A stretch of DNA of 64,000 nucleotides, from contig OX597822.1 of assembly GCA_951406725.2 (NCBI GenBank), positions 24,180,001-24,244,000 of the forward strand, written 5' to 3'. The notes below the pieces were generated by a model, which had not been told where the DNA came from, did no database searches, and worked only from the letters and a program-made list of their open reading frames with translations. The DNA comes from Octopus vulgaris. Lineage: Eukaryota. The stretch's first letter is position 1, and each line of letters begins with the position of its first letter. A program made the position numbers and the translations under genes. Shown here piece after piece: positions 26,551 to 40,554 of the stretch.

Positions 26551-26662
26551 ACTTATGTCAGTGCATACTACAAAGAAATACTGTGCAAAAGAGCCAAATA
26601 ATTACTGAGACACAGTACTTTAAATGAAGCAGTGTCTTAACATTGTTAAAACTGAGGCAATT

Positions 26663-27070
26663 CATCATCATCATCATCATCGTTTAACGTCCGCTTTCCA
26701 ATTTAGCATGGGTTGGACGATTTTGACTGAGGGCTGGCGAACCAGATGGCTGTACCAGGCTCCAATCTTGATTTGGCAGTGTCTACAGCTGGATGCCCTT
26801 CCTAATGCCAACCACTCCGAGAGTGTAGTGGGTGCTTTTTACGTGCCACCGGCACAGGCGCCAGTCAGGCGGTACTGGCAACGACCTCGCTCGAATCTTT
26901 TTACACATGCCACCGGTACAGGTGCCAGTGAAGCGACGTTGGTAACGATCACGCTCGAATGGTGCCCTTTTATGTGCCATGGGTACAGAAGCCAGTTGGC
27001 TGCTCTGGCAACGATCACACTCAGATTAGCACCCTACTAGCACTTGCACAAATGCCACTAAGGCGATGCC
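26663..27070 (-). mobile_element. Family C element with internal module repeats
   Basis: (CAT)n tail at left, GGATGCCCTTCC core, three TTTTA(C/T)(G/A)..TGCCA modules. Confidence 0.8.
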
Positions 27071-28197
27071 AGATATTTAGTAAAAAAAAAATGGAGCATG
27101 AAGTAGAAACAAGCAGTTACTTCCCAGTAAGTTAAGTGTAACCGGATGAAATTCTATAGACAGATATTTTATAGAGATAGAAGTGGGGGGCACATATAAC
27201 GAATTTTGTTTAGAATTTCATGTCTCCCATTATGTGAAAGAGTCTGAAAAGGATTCATGCTATTTTGATGAAATTTCTTATTAAAGTTCTTTGTTATAAA
27301 ATTCACAGAAAGTGTGCGTGTATACACCTCCAATGCCCCGCCCATTATAGCAAGACACCTGTTTCTGCCCCCGTCACAAGTTCCCCTCCTCAAATGCAAC
27401 CTTACAATTGTGTCCCTCTCATGATTCCTTGTCTTTCAAGTTACTTGGTGACCCTGCCAGTGCTGTAAAAAGCACCTGTCCACACTGTAAAGAGGTTGGC
27501 ATTTGGAAGGGCATCTAGCTGTAAAAATCATGTCAAAACTAACTTCGCTTGTGCTAGTGCCATGTAAAAAAGCACCAAAGTCAACCCTGCAGAGTGGTTG
27601 GTGTTAGGAAGGGCATCCAGCTGTAAAAACCTTGCCAAAACTGACACAGTAGGCTAGGGTAGTTTTCTACCTGGCTGGCTCCTGACAACCATTCTACCCA
27701 CGCATGCATGTAAGTTAAATGATGATGATGATGATATAAGAACAGATGTCAAAAGAATAAACAATTCTCTTAGCTTACAGCTGTTTCCAGTTGTCATCTC
27801 CTTACTTATTACTGCATTCAGAGACATATATATATATTGAATTCTATTGCAATGCCTAAGTGAAATAAATATAGTTTGCTGATCCATTACAGATAGAATG
27901 AACAAAAAAAAGTACTCCATCCAGTGGAAGATAAATATCAACTACTAAGAGTTTCATGCAGTGGAGACACAATACCTTGATAGATTTATATAATGTTCTG
28001 TGTCTACAAGCTTCTGTCGATCAGTTGGCATTGGTCTGCGATATTAAGGGAGGATTCTTTGGTAAAGAATTACAATTTCTGTTTATGAATATTTCCAATT
28101 CTTTTCTTCTGTAATGTGTAAGCATGTCATGGACACCACTCGTGTTCACAATGTCTTATGTTTTAATTAGAAATTCAAAGAACTTTATATCACTTAC

Positions 28198-28409
28198 CCT
28201 CCTCCAATGATGAGAACTGAACTATCTCCAGCCATAAACATGCTAGCAGCATTCCGAGAAATGTCTGGTCGACTGTAACCAATCCAAGGGAACTTCTTTT
28301 GCTCTGGTTTTAATGTGAAGAGGAAAGTTTCACCAGTTCCAAAATAAGAAATATTTTTGCTGCTCTGCTTACGGTTAGACCAACTGCTAGAACAGAATGC
28401 ACCAAATAT
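28198..28409 (-). CDS. TBC1D24: TBC1D24 exon (TLDc middle), 212 nt, phase 0 to 2
   Basis: catcttcag|ATA...GG|gtaagt; IFGAFCSSSWSNRKQSSKNISYFGTGETFLFTLKP...SMFMAGDSSVLIIGGG (TLDc FGAF, YFGTGE.FLF and IGGG motifs). Confidence 0.95.
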
Positions 28410-30808
28410 CTGAAGATGGAAGAAAAAATATATAAAGTAGCCTTTTTTTTTTTTTTATTACTTGTTGAGTGCATTAGCCATGAAATCCCCAAAAGTACTT
28501 CAGTTAATGATTTATCAATTTTGCTGTACATCACCCTTGATTATTAACAAGGCCACTCATTTTGGAGCAGGGGAATGTGGTTAATTTAATAACCCTCAAC
28601 TCACCTTACCAGTACTTTACTGATTTATTTTATGAATGTACAGATGGATAATAAGTGGAGCTGACACTGGTAGTATTTGAATTCAAAGTATAATTAACTA
28701 CAGCAAGGCATTTTCACGGTCTTGTGTTTAAATAATGGAATTCAAATAATTTTAAAAGCTATCTGTTAGTTCAATCATGAACAAAAGTGATTTCAAGAAG
28801 AATATAGATCTGCTGCGAAAAGATCAGCAGCATCATGTAACGTCCGTTTTCTATGCTGGCATGGGTTGGACAGTTTGACAAGAATGGGCAAACCAGAGGA
28901 CAGTGCTAAGCTCCAATGTGTGCTTAGGTATTGTTGCTGTGGCTGCATGCCCTTCTTAATGCTAACAACTTCACAGAGTGTACCGGAAGCTTTTTACATG
29001 GCACCAGCACAGGGCAAGTTGGAAGACAAGCCCCCTCAACTGAGGATGGAGTAGTGTTGAGGGAGGTGGTTTTGTACCAGGTGATGAGATTAGGGTATGA
29101 TAGAGGGATAAAAACAGGTATCTTGGAGTAAAGGAGACATAGCAACTCCAGTTGGAAAAGAAGGAGAGAAAGAGAAAATAGTTGTAAAGATGTGCTGTGG
29201 CATATCATCTTTACCATGTTGTCCTGGATAAGACTAAACTGCATCTGGTAATTGGGGCCTTGGTACAGGAGTTCCAAGGTTTTGAGGAGTGGGGAATCAC
29301 TTCTTAGCCATGACCATTCTCAGATATACCAAGACTCAGAGTAGTAGCATCTGTTAGGGTCCCAGCCATGGGTTAACTAGCATGTGTACCACCTGCTTTA
29401 AACCCAGGATACATCTGCTCTGATAACTGACAGGGACTTGGTCAGTGAATCCCCTGCAATGGTCAACAATTGATGGCTAGATGAGCTGCTATGGATCACA
29501 CTATACCAAAATGTCTACGCATGTGAACCTGTATTCCCACTGAAAATCTGAACAAACTCCAAACTTCAATAACGAACAACAACTATGATTACAGCATCTG
29601 CGCTATTCGACACGCTTGCAAGCGGGACTTTTGGGCTGCTGGCAAAAGCATTACTTTAGTCAGGGCCAACTGTTGAATGTGGTCAGCATTTGTGAAGGAT
29701 GTGGTTAACTTGTTGGTCAGGGCCAGCTCAACCTATCCTGAGTGAATGCCACTGCAAGTACAGGTAGTAAGTAGGGGCACACCCTTAAGTTAAAAGGTTA
29801 CACATTTTTTTAGAGAAGGTAGTGTAGTGAATTGAGAGTAAGTTCTCTCTAACTATAAAGTGTAACAAAATTTAGTTTAACTGTATACAGCACTGTTTAT
29901 TTTAAACAAACTTTCTGAGTGTACCACCCTAAGTTTTACATGGCAGATATATTTATCCATTTCTTCTGAAAACTGCATAATACACTTAAGAATATCAGAA
30001 AAGGATGATTTATGGTGCCACCATAAATTTTGAAAGTTAGGTTAGGTTGACAACCATTGAATATTCTTTGTTAGCTCAGCCCAGAATGTTTTGAAAATTA
30101 ACAAAAGAAATGAGACGAGTTTCAAAAATCATACCATGTCTGCTGACAGCTCAACAATAGAAGAACCAAAATTGCAGTCAGCCAGGATTCGTTTTAATGA
30201 TTTGAATACTGATAAATTTTTTTTTTTATGTGGTTGAGACAGTTTAATTATACAACAGAAGAATGGTGCACAACATGAGGAAATATACAGGATACTTAAA
30301 CATGTCAGGTCTTAACACAACTCAGTAGTTAGACATGACAATATCCATGGAAACATCCTATGAAATATAGTGACTCCCCTCTTCCACTTAGTAGCAATAT
30401 TATTCCATCATTGTTGTTGTACCTCTTCAGTAATGTCAAAGTAGCTATCTTTTTGTCTGTCAAAAGTGTCTTCCATAAACATATTCGAAGCCATAAGTAT
30501 CAGTCTTCGCACGTGTGCACACACACTATTTTGAATTTAAATCTTAGCAGCATTTGGCTTTGGTATTTTTTCTTTTTTGGCTCATGGTGTTCTCCAGCAT
30601 TATCTCCCATAGATCAGGAGTTAGTTAAAATAATATTTAATCATTAATCCTTAAACATTTAAACCAACCATAGCTGGCCTAAATATTGTTTTATGTTTAA
30701 AAAAAAAAATGGTCAGATCCAGCATTTCACATCTGTCCTACCATGTCATTAAAAAAAAAAATTACATCATCAAAATCTCAAAGCTACGAGATGATTGATT
30801 AATGATTA

Positions 30809-31311
30809 CCATAAATCCTTGAGTATAATCTGCATTTTTTTCCCAAAATTTAACGGTCAAAATCCTTAGTGCGTACTATATACGAAGTTAAAAACGAAAA
30901 ATATTTTCTAAGCAATGTCCGAGTCTCTATATGCTGTCCGGCAATGTTAATTCAGACGCATTCTGTAATGTCGAGTGCGAAAATACCTTAAGGTAAGCCT
31001 GAAAGCAATGAAGTCATAAAAGAATCATCCATAACTTGCAGTAAACAACATTTATTAAACGTTATTACTGTTATTTTCTGCAAACAAAATGCACAAAAAA
31101 GCTACATGTGTGCTTTATGTTATATATACAATAATAATAAAGGATGTTACCGTATACATTTTTACAAACCAAGGACGTTATATAGACCTCCTTGACTCAA
31201 GTTAGAGAAGGGGTGCGTATTTACACAAGGTTTAGGTTTTTCAGAGGTACAGCCCCCTAAAAATCCCCTGCGTATTATACTCAAGGGCGGACTATACTTG
31301 AAGATTTATGG
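30809..31311. mobile_element. Tc2/pogo-like MITE nested in a piggyBac-like MITE
   Basis: TA-CCATAAATCCTTGAGTATA / TATACTTGAAGATTTATGG-TA; host element (about 30650-31372) resumes afterwards. Confidence 0.75.
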
Positions 31312-31590
31312 TAGTTGAAAATAATGTGGATAAATAAGCCTTACATTCAGAGTATTCTGAATGTTAAAGGGTTGAACTGATGTCTTTTTTTCTCCATCAC
31401 ACTAATTCTAATTAGATTTTTAATTATCACAACATTAAAAGTGCTGACAATAATTTTATTTGACCAACTGGTTCGAGCATATGTAAAAACGATGTCCTTT
31501 GTAGTAGAATGAAGGATGTGCTGCAAAAAACTTTGTAAGAATCCAGGTGTAGATGAGTAAACCATAGGGTAAATCATCATCATTGTTTAA

Positions 31591-31807
31591 CTCTTCAGCA
31601 TTCAAACCAGTGATATCAGGCTCAAACATTCTAGCTTGTTTCATGTTCAAACTAGCCAGATTTAGCCTCCTACACCTATCCTACAAAGCCATTCTAAGAA
31701 TATACCACATCATCATCAAAATCTCAAAGCCACAAGATAATGCTTGATTAATTCAAAACAATGTGAATAAGCATTACATTTGACAGAGTAATCTAAATGC
31801 TAAAGGG
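31591..31807. mobile_element. piggyBac-like MITE (TTAA target)
   Basis: TTAA-CTCTTCAGCATT...AATGCTAAAGGG-TTAA; related copies at 46926-47089 and 47280-47703 (tandem, shared TTAA). Confidence 0.7.
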
Positions 31808-32316
31808 TTAACATCCATTTCCCATGCTGGCATAGGTTGGACAGTTTGACAGGAACTGTCAAACCAGAGGATTGTGCTAAGGTCCAGTGTGTGTGCTTTG
31901 GTATAACCAAAAATATACCCTATGAATATACCAATTCCAAAATCTGAAAAGTTCTAAACTCCAAAACATGCCTGGTCCCAAGGGTGTCAGATAAGTGATT
32001 GTTCATAAGATAGTGGTCATTATTACAGGGTGTTACTCTGCACTCTCCTGGAATCAATGAAAGAACTATGTGGTCATACAACTTGCTAGAAATAACAAAA
32101 AAAAAAATTGTCCTCAAATTATATGCTGCTATCACAAGGTCACAACTTGAATACCATTCATCAGAGGTCAGGGTTAAACAACAACAGCACCTGTTTTCTT
32201 ACACTCTACTAACCTAAATTAGCAGAACTCCAAGGAACTAAAAGCTATGTATTAGTAATGCCCTTCCTTCAGACACACATACTTTAGATACCACAATTAG
32301 AAATATATATAATTAC

Positions 32317-32475
32317 CTCATCGGTTAAAGTCTTTATGACAATGATTGTTGGTTCGTATTCTTCTGTCATAACATAAAGCGTCCTTAAGCTCACGCCATG
32401 TTCTTCTGATGTGTAGAGCAGTTTAGGCTGACAAACAGCTGATCGAGCTGGCAACCAACTCCAAATAACATAGAA
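32317..32475 (-). CDS. TBC1D24: TBC1D24 exon (TLDc N-terminal part), 159 nt, phase 0 to 0
   Basis: ttgtttgcag|TTC...GAG|gtaatt; FYVIWSWLPARSAVCQPKLLYTSEEHGVSLRTLY...EPTIIVIKT, with the diagnostic WSWLP and LLYT.EEHG.SL motifs. Confidence 0.95.
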
Positions 32476-33479
32476 CTGCAAACAATTAGAAAACAAAGAG
32501 AAACATGAAAATCAAACAACTTTGTGTCAACTTTATACAGTTGTCAATAACTGGAGATTTTAATTGAGCTCTCATTCAGAATGGTTAAATAGTCACAAAG
32601 TTTGTTTTATAAAGCACAAGTTCTTGGGTTCAATTCCTCAGTGTTCAGCTTGGACAAGTGCCTGTTAACAATAGAGCATCAAGTCAATCTGAGCTTGATA
32701 AGTGAAGGTGGGTAGACGGAAACTGTGTAGAAGGGTTGTCTGATTTAAAGATCCAGTTTTGACACATTCTGTGTGATACCAATTGAGGATTATATGACAA
32801 GGTAAACATATCTGTGGTGTACTCAGCCACTTACTAATTCAGTGAGAAGGTAGTTAAGTTGATCAAACAATTGAATACTCATTATAGAAAAAACTGGAGA
32901 ATAATTTAGTTTTAGGCCTTAAATTAATTCAAATATAAAATTATGATTAGAGTTTTAAAATTTATTATTACTCAAAACATACTTAGAAAGAACTTCCAAC
33001 TAAGAGCTGCAAGTTTGAAGTTGGTGGGGATCTCCGTCATTTGACTATGAAAATTTGTTCGTTTGATCTACTGAATTACCTGCTCCTGAATTAATAATGA
33101 ACTCTTAGTGGAACTAGTTCTTAGACAGAACCAGTGTGACCCATGTATAAGGCGGGGCTGTACCTGTTAAATTACAGCTACAATCTACCTGATGGGTTTC
33201 TATACACTTTCTGTCTCCCTTATTTTCCTCACAAGGTGTGGATTGATCTGAAGCTATAGAAAACGACATTTGCCAAAGACTCTGTGTAGAGGGATTAAAA
33301 CCAGAACATCGTGGTTGTGAAATGAACTTAACCATTTAGTATTTGTTGGAAAGATGCAATATGGCTAAGTCGTTATAATAGAAAAAGAGAAAATGACAAA
33401 AGCAACATTCAAAGACAAAAATCAATACTGACAATTTAAAAAAATTTAATTTTCTCACCACATAATTCTCATTAGTTAC

Positions 33480-33805
33480 TTTTACCTTTTACTTGTTTCA
33501 GTCACTGGACTGTGGCCATGTTGGGGCACTGGCTTGAACGATTATAGTCAAATGAATCAACCGCAGTACTTATTTTTCAAAACCTGGTACTTATTCCATC
33601 AGTCTCTCATGCTGAACCACAAAATTACAGGGACATAAACATAAATGTATATGCATACAATGGAATTCTTTCAGTTTTTGTTTACTAAATCCACCCACAA
33701 GGGTTTAGTCAGCTCAGAGTTTAAGTAGAAGACACTTGCCTAAGGGGTTATGCAGTGGAACTGAACCCAGAGCCATGTGATTGGGAAGCAAGCTTTTTAC
33801 CATTC
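33480..33805 (-). mobile_element. SINE family A
   Basis: Homology to other family A copies. Confidence 0.8.
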
Positions 33806-33922
33806 TGTCCTGCAAGCACCTATATGGAGATGTTCTTCTGTGAGTGGGCATGAACCACCAAATCTTTTGGTGAACAGCCAAACACACAGGTGAATGGGTC
33901 AAACATTAAGTGCTTAACTTAC

Positions 33923-33940
33923 CTGAAATGATATCTCAAT
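33923..33940 (-). other. Candidate 18-nt microexon (IEISFQ), poison exon or recursive splice site in the TBC1D24 linker intron
   Basis: Minus strand reads aatgcaaacag gcattttcgtgacatag ATTGAGATATCATTTCAG|gtaagt: perfect donor directly after TTTCAG. Confidence 0.4.
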
Positions 33941-34259
33941 CTATGTCACGAAAATGCCTGTTTGCATTCAAATTAAAATTTTCCATAATAATTTAACAAA
34001 GTAGCTTTTGTTATGTTCTAATGACAAAGCTAGTTATGGAACAAAATCCTTACCAATTCTTATTCACTTTATCTTAATTGAACTACATAAATCGAGCCGT
34101 AACAGAAATATGATCACAAATGGGTCAATGTATGCTAACGCTAATTTACACAGTTGTCAAAATTGATATTAGGTCAATCAATCAAAATTTCAATTTATTT
34201 TCGTATATGATTACAGTCTTCTAAGTATAAAAAAAAAAGACTGATTAAAAAGCTTGCTT

Positions 34260-34600
34260 TGCTTTGCAACAATGTAGCTTCAGGTTCAGTCCTACTGCAC
34301 AACACAAATAGGTGTCTTCTACTATGGTTCCAGGTTGAGCAAGGTTTTGTGATGAAAACTGTGTGAAAACCCACCATTTACATAAATCTACGTTGGTGTG
34401 TCTTGATGTGTTTGTCCCTCCACCCCAGCCTGATAGCTGGTGTTGGTCTGTTGACATCCCTGTAACTTAGCAGTTCAGCCAAAGAATGATAGAATAAGTA
34501 CCAGACTTTAAAAAGTAAGTGCTGGTAATGATTTGTTCGACTAAAAACCCTTCATGGCAGTGCTCCAGCATGACCACAGTCCAAAGACTAAAACAAATAA
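34260..34600 (+). mobile_element. SINE family A (decayed)
   Basis: Homology to other family A copies. Confidence 0.75.
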
Positions 34601-35216
34601 AAAACATAAAACAACAATGTCAGGTGGTGAACACCAGGAATTTATCAATTAACCACCAGGTACGAGTGACAAATGTATAAAAGGGCAAAGTTGAGATTAT
34701 GATATAAGGTAAGAACTGAGAACCATTTAATAAAACAATATTCCAAAAAATGGTGCAAAACAATAAATGCATAGATAAACATTTATGGTTCGAGCAATTT
34801 TTTTCATCAGAACAAAATAATTCATTAGAAACTTTACAAGTAAGAAATTGTTGAACCACCATACACATCTGTCTGTCTACTTACCTATACCTTTATGTAT
34901 ACATATCTATACATACATGGCACTAAAGAAAAATATAAATTGGTATACAAATCAGATTCTATTTAAACTCTTGTCAATGACTACATAGAAATGATTGTGA
35001 GTGGAGGGGGGGTATATACACACGCACGGGCATGGTTGCCTGGTTAAGAAGTTTGTTTCCCAACCAGGTTTCCAAATTCAGTCTGTACAACATCTTGGCC
35101 AATTGCCATCTACTATAGCCCCATGCCAACACAATCCTTGAGTGAATTTGTTAGATAGAAACTGGAAGAAGTCTGGCATTCACGTATAGTATTGTTATGC
35201 CTAAATGAAATCTTTT

Positions 35217-35246
<30 letters not shown>

Positions 35247-35247
<1 letters not shown>

Positions 35248-35545
35248 GGAGGTGCAATGGCCCAGTGGTCAGGGCAGCAAACTCGCGGTAGGATCGCAGT
35301 TTCGATTTCCAGACTGGGCGTTGTGAGTGTTTATTGAGCGAAAACACCGAAAGCTCCACGAGGCTCCGGCAGGGGGTAGTGGCGATGCCTGCTGTACTCT
35401 TTCGCCACAACTTTCTCTCACTCTTTCTTCTGTTGGCCTGCTCGCTTAGCCAGAGGGGTGGCATCATTTGAAGGCTAAAACAATGTGAAGCACATTGTGG
35501 CTAGCGATGTGTAACAACATCTGATAGCCTGGTCGGTCACGGTGA
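35247..35545 (+). mobile_element. SINE family E, flanked by (TA)n
   Basis: tRNA-like head TGGCCCAGTGGTCAGGGCAG...GTTTCGATTTCC. Confidence 0.75.
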
Positions 35546-35798
35546 TATATATATATATATATACACATACACACACACACAGATATGTGGTGGGAGAGAG
35601 AGATGTTTAGAGTATTGTAAGTTGACAGTCTGCTTGGAGTTCCAGCCTGTTCATGACAGTTGCAAACAGCTCAACCAAGTGTGAATAAACATCTATCCAC
35701 TCTACCCAATACACTGAGGTCTATATCAGATAATGTTTGCACTATGGAAAATGTACTTTAATAGTTTACAACCTATATATTACAATATATATATATAT

Positions 35799-36350
35799 GA
35801 AGGTGTGTGGCTTTGTGGTTAGGGTATTCGGCTCATGATCATAAGGTCACAAGTTTGATACCTGGCCACATGTGCCCTTGAGCAAGGTGCTTTATTTCAT
35901 GTTGCTCCAATCCAGTTGGCAGACAAAAATGAGTAGTACCCATGTTTCAAAGGGGCCAGCCTTGTCACAAGCTGTGTCATGTTGAATCTCCCCGAGAACT
36001 ACATTAAAGGTATGCTTGTTTGTGGCAAGCTGGCAGAATCGTTAGCACGCTGGACGAAATGCTTAGCGGTATTTCGCCCGTCATTACGCTCTGAGTTCAA
36101 ATTCCACTGGGGTCGACTTTGCCTTTCATCCTTTCATAGTCGATTAAATAAGTACCAGTTACGCACTGGGGTTGATATAATCGATTTAATCCGTTTGTCC
36201 CCTCTGTGTGTAGCCCCTTGTGGATAGTAAAGTAATAGATATGCTTGTTTGTGGAGTACTCCGCTACTTGCATGTTAATTTCACGAGCAAGTTGTTCTGT
36301 TGATTGGATCAACTAGGATCCTCATTGTTGTAACCTATGGAGTGCCAGTT
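35799..36350 (+). mobile_element. Family D SINE with a nested family B SINE (36026-36239)
   Basis: 15-bp TSD TATGCTTGTTTGTGG at 36011-36025 and 36240-36254. Confidence 0.85.
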
Positions 36351-37566
36351 ATATAGAACTGAAGATACTCTTTAATTGTATTTTGTTTCTAGGAGGGAAA
36401 AAATGGAATGATTCATAACATTTCAATTTACCTTTATACTTTACTAACATAAATATACATAGATTTTTAACCATTTTATATGTTATCAGAATCATCCAGT
36501 GAAAATGAATTAGGCTGTAGAGGAAGAATAAAATATATTACCCAAACAGTTTTAACTCACAAAATAAAAATAAGATAATATATATTTTGAAGTGTTCCAT
36601 TAAAGAATTTTGGCCCAAAAGTAAAGGAAGACAACTGATAGACAGAAAACAAGAATAGTAAATCTCTGCTGCCTAGTAAAGCTTCTTCTAACATTGCACT
36701 AATGAAAAAAGACATTTTATACCTTTTCCATGTACATGATACATACTTCTGTGTACAAGCAGGAGTAAAATTACTCAATATGAGTAATAGAGCTTATGAA
36801 GTTGTTTGAAGCTGATGTGGGTTCACTACTACTCAACACTTCTTGCTTTTGCACATTTTACCCCCTGAACAAATGTGCAATCATGAGAAACTCAAGAGTA
36901 GGAGCCGATTAAAATCAGTCCGCTTCAAATGAATACATGCACACACGTATGCATTATTTATACAATATTATAAATTTAGTCTCATAACAGCCAATTCATG
37001 TTAAAGAACCTCCCAAGTGTAAAAAGACAATTTAACAAGCATTAAACACGGCTGAATGGAAGGGCATATTTTGATCTACTCTCTTCCATTCAGGATAAAG
37101 ATAAAGTTTCTTCCTGAGTTATATAGACACATAGGGATATTTCCTGGATTCTTTGGTGTATAAAGTCCCCATTGGACAGGGCACCAGTCCATCACAGGAA
37201 CACTTTTTTTTTTTTGCCAGCTGAGTGAACTAGAAGAGCAATGTGAAATGAAGCGTTTTGATCATAAACACAACACATCACATGGTCCAGGAATCAACCA
37301 TTCAGAACCTGAGCTATATTCTCCCATTTAGCCATGTCTGATTATTGTTAATTTATCTTTTCACATCTGGAAGGTCCTTCAACAAGAAACCATTTGTTAA
37401 CATAAATTGGTTTTTGTGAAACTAAATTTATAAAATTGTATAAATAAGATGCCTATTCTATTACCTAATATATTAATGCCTGTTGTATACTGCTTATGAA
37501 AACTTATTGGGGCAACTATGTGTGTGAGTAAGTCTATATATATATGTATATATACATATATATATT

Positions 37567-37811
37567 GTGCCGGTGGAAAGTAAAATGCACCAATCCGATC
37601 ATGGCCGTCGCCAGCCTCGCCTGGCACCTGTGCAGGTGGCATGTAAAAAGAACCCACTACACTCATGGAGTGGTTGGTGTTAGGAAGGGCATCCAGCTGT
37701 AGAAACACTGCCAGATAAGGCTGGAGCCTGGTGCAGCCTTCTGGCTTCCCAGATCCCTGGTCGAACCGTCCAACCCATGCTAGCATGGAGAATGGACGTT
37801 AAATGATGATG

Positions 37812-37812
<1 letters not shown>
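37567..37812 (+). mobile_element. Family C element inserted in a TA/TG microsatellite
   Basis: Same modules and (GAT)n tail as 21580-21849. Confidence 0.85.
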
Positions 37813-37844
<32 letters not shown>

Positions 37845-38259
37845 GAGAGAAAGAGATCTTGGCTTTGTTTCCCTTTTAGCAGTGTTCCTCTGTTGATACA
37901 CATAGCATGTAAAGCAGCAATGACTATACTGCAGTTATGAAAATTTTTACAGGTAGGGCTGCTTGAATAGAATTTACAAAGCTACGGCTATATGGTTAAG
38001 CAGTCTGCTTAACCTCATAGCTTCAGGTTCAGTCCCTACACCAACCAGTGTCTTCTGAGTAAATTTGGCAGTTAGAAACTGAACAAGAAAACCTCTGTGT
38101 GTGTGTGTGTGTGTAACAACTGCTAGTAGTTGCTGGTGTTGAACTGGGAAGATGTAGAGATGACAGACGAATGGCAGGGAGAAAAGAAACCTTGAGCTAA
38201 GTAGCTTAAGTCCTTGTTGATGTTCAGATAAGAAAAGTGAGTTGCAATGAGAGCGGAGT

Positions 38260-38620
38260 CTATGTAAAGGTAGACATTCCAAAAGCAAACTGGTGAATGA
38301 GCATAGCCTGGACAATACAATGTATTGTATAGACCAGACTGTGTAAGCTGGACACTATAATATAGTGTAAAAGGACAGCGTGAGACAGAGGGCAGCACCA
38401 ACAACAGTATAGAGAATAGACTGGGCAACGAGGAGTGTATTCTGACAGCATAATATAGCTAGCTTGGATAACAATATATAGTGCAGACTGGAAAGCAGTA
38501 GAGGACTGTACAGCATAATGTAGTGTAGCCTGTACAGTATAATACACGGTTTAGCCTCAATGGCATAATATAGAATGTGGGCAAAGCAGCACAGAATGGA
38601 GGAGAGAGACAGAGTAATGT
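38260..38620. repeat. Degenerate minisatellite (about 24-bp units)
   Basis: Recurring variants of CTG(G/T)ACAG(C/T)ATAAT(G/A)TAGTGTAG. Confidence 0.5.
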
Positions 38621-39179
38621 AGCATAAGGAGAGAGGGAAGAAAAAAATGTTTATGCTACTTAAGAAACAGGAAGCCAAAAGTCATAGAAGTAGAGATAGA
38701 AAAGCAAATAGGTTTAAAAAAAAGAAAAGATATGTAATATGAAGTTGACCCCATTAACACAGAAAGGTGTTTAGAAGATTAGACACCAGATTAAGTACTT
38801 TGCAGATTTATAATATCTATTTTGATTTATTTCAAAAGGTGAGGTACAGGTGGTAGGGGAGAAAGAGGCTCTTAATTTTGTTTTATTTTAACTTGTTTTC
38901 ACAACATAATTTTTTTCTTTATTATTATTATTGAACCAGCTTTTGAGAACAGGGAGCCAGAAATAGCACATCTAAAGTGGTTATTGTTAAGCCTCAGGTC
39001 TGTAAAACCATTCAGCTTTGATGATGATCATCATCGTCATCCCAAGCTACCATAAAAGCCCCCATGAGCCCTCATTTCGTTAAGTGGCTAAATACCTCAA
39101 GACACTTGACCATATAATTGTTGGTTTTATTTATTCATTCATTCAGATGTTACAAAGCAATGGTTACTTTATTCCTTCC

Positions 39180-39510
39180 TTCCTTTTGCTTCAGTCATTT
39201 GATTGTGGTCAAGCTGGAGCACCACCTTAAAGAGTTTTAGTCAAAGACATTGACCCCAGTGTAAGCATAGTACTTATTCTATCAGTCTCTTTTGCCAAGC
39301 TGCTAAGTTACAGGGACATAAACATACCAACATCATTTGTCAAGATACACACACGGTGGGTTTCTTTCAGTTTCTGTCTACAAAATCCACTCATGTGGCT
39401 TTGGTTGGCCCAAGGCTATAGTAAGAGACTCTTGCCCAAAGTGCTATGCAGTGGGACTGAACCCAGAACCATGTAGTTGGGAAGCAAGCTTCTTGCCATA
39501 CAGCCATGCC
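39180..39510 (-). mobile_element. SINE family A
   Basis: Homology to other family A copies. Confidence 0.8.
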
Positions 39511-40554
39511 TGCATCTGTATTCACTTTATCAAAAATATAGCATACATACTTCTATTTTGCATGGAGAGAGAGAGAGAGATGAGGTTTGCGGCATTCCAG
39601 CCCCTCTCTAACAACGTATTGCTGTTTGCTAACTATATAACCCTGTTTTCTTCCATCATACTCTTGTTCCTTCCACCCATTCTGGTCTCTCTAATATCAT
39701 CCTTTCTCTCCAACTCCTCTCCTAAGTCACCTATGCAAATGCGCACACCTTTGCATATTGAGTTCTCTCTATACCTACATTTACTCCACTCTCCTCATGT
39801 TTGTAACGATCATTTCTAGGCTTTCTGTTCTCGTTATTCCCATTCCAAATTTAGATCTACCGTAAAGTAGTAAGCTAAACAGAGAAAATATGGGGCTATG
39901 AGGGATCCTTCAAGCTCTGTCTTACCAAGGATTATGCAACTCCACTAGTGTTGGTGCCACAACAAAATGCACCTAGTACATTCTGTAAAGTAGCAAGTAT
40001 TTGAAGGACATCCAGCTGTGGAATCAAATGATAGATACAAGCAGACTTTGGGAACTATAGCCCTTTATGGGAAGCAACTCAGACTGTGACAGCCCATCCA
40101 ACCCATACCAGCATGGAAAGCAGACATAAAATGATGTTGATTCAGAAACCTTGCCAAATCAGAATGGGGCCTGGTGCAGCCTTCTGGCTTGCTAGTCCTT
40201 TGCCAAACTGTCCAACTCATGCCAGCATGGAAAGCAGATGTTAAACAATGATGATGACAGTTTGACAAGGCTGGCTCTTTGAATTCCAGACAAGGTCCAG
40301 TAAGTGGCTTCCCCTCAACCCAGCTTCATTCATAATATCTGTGATATCCATACAAATATCAATAATTACTTATCTCAAATGATGATGGTAACTTGACTTG
40401 CTACAAAGAGGAGCCAGATTTTTTTCAGATCACAACACCTCGGCCATGCTGGGGCACCCAAAGATTAAATAGAAGATAGAGCATTATTTCCTTAATTTTC
40501 ATTTAACTTCTGGAACAATTCATATGCAATCCATATCTAAATATTCCTAACTTC

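Noticed and set aside
29260-29780. GC-richer block that might be coding
   Set aside because: No sustained frame or motif I can name; probably an old retroelement fragment, left unannotated
36722-36866. AG/GT-bounded segment in the linker intron
   Set aside because: Stops in all frames and a weak donor
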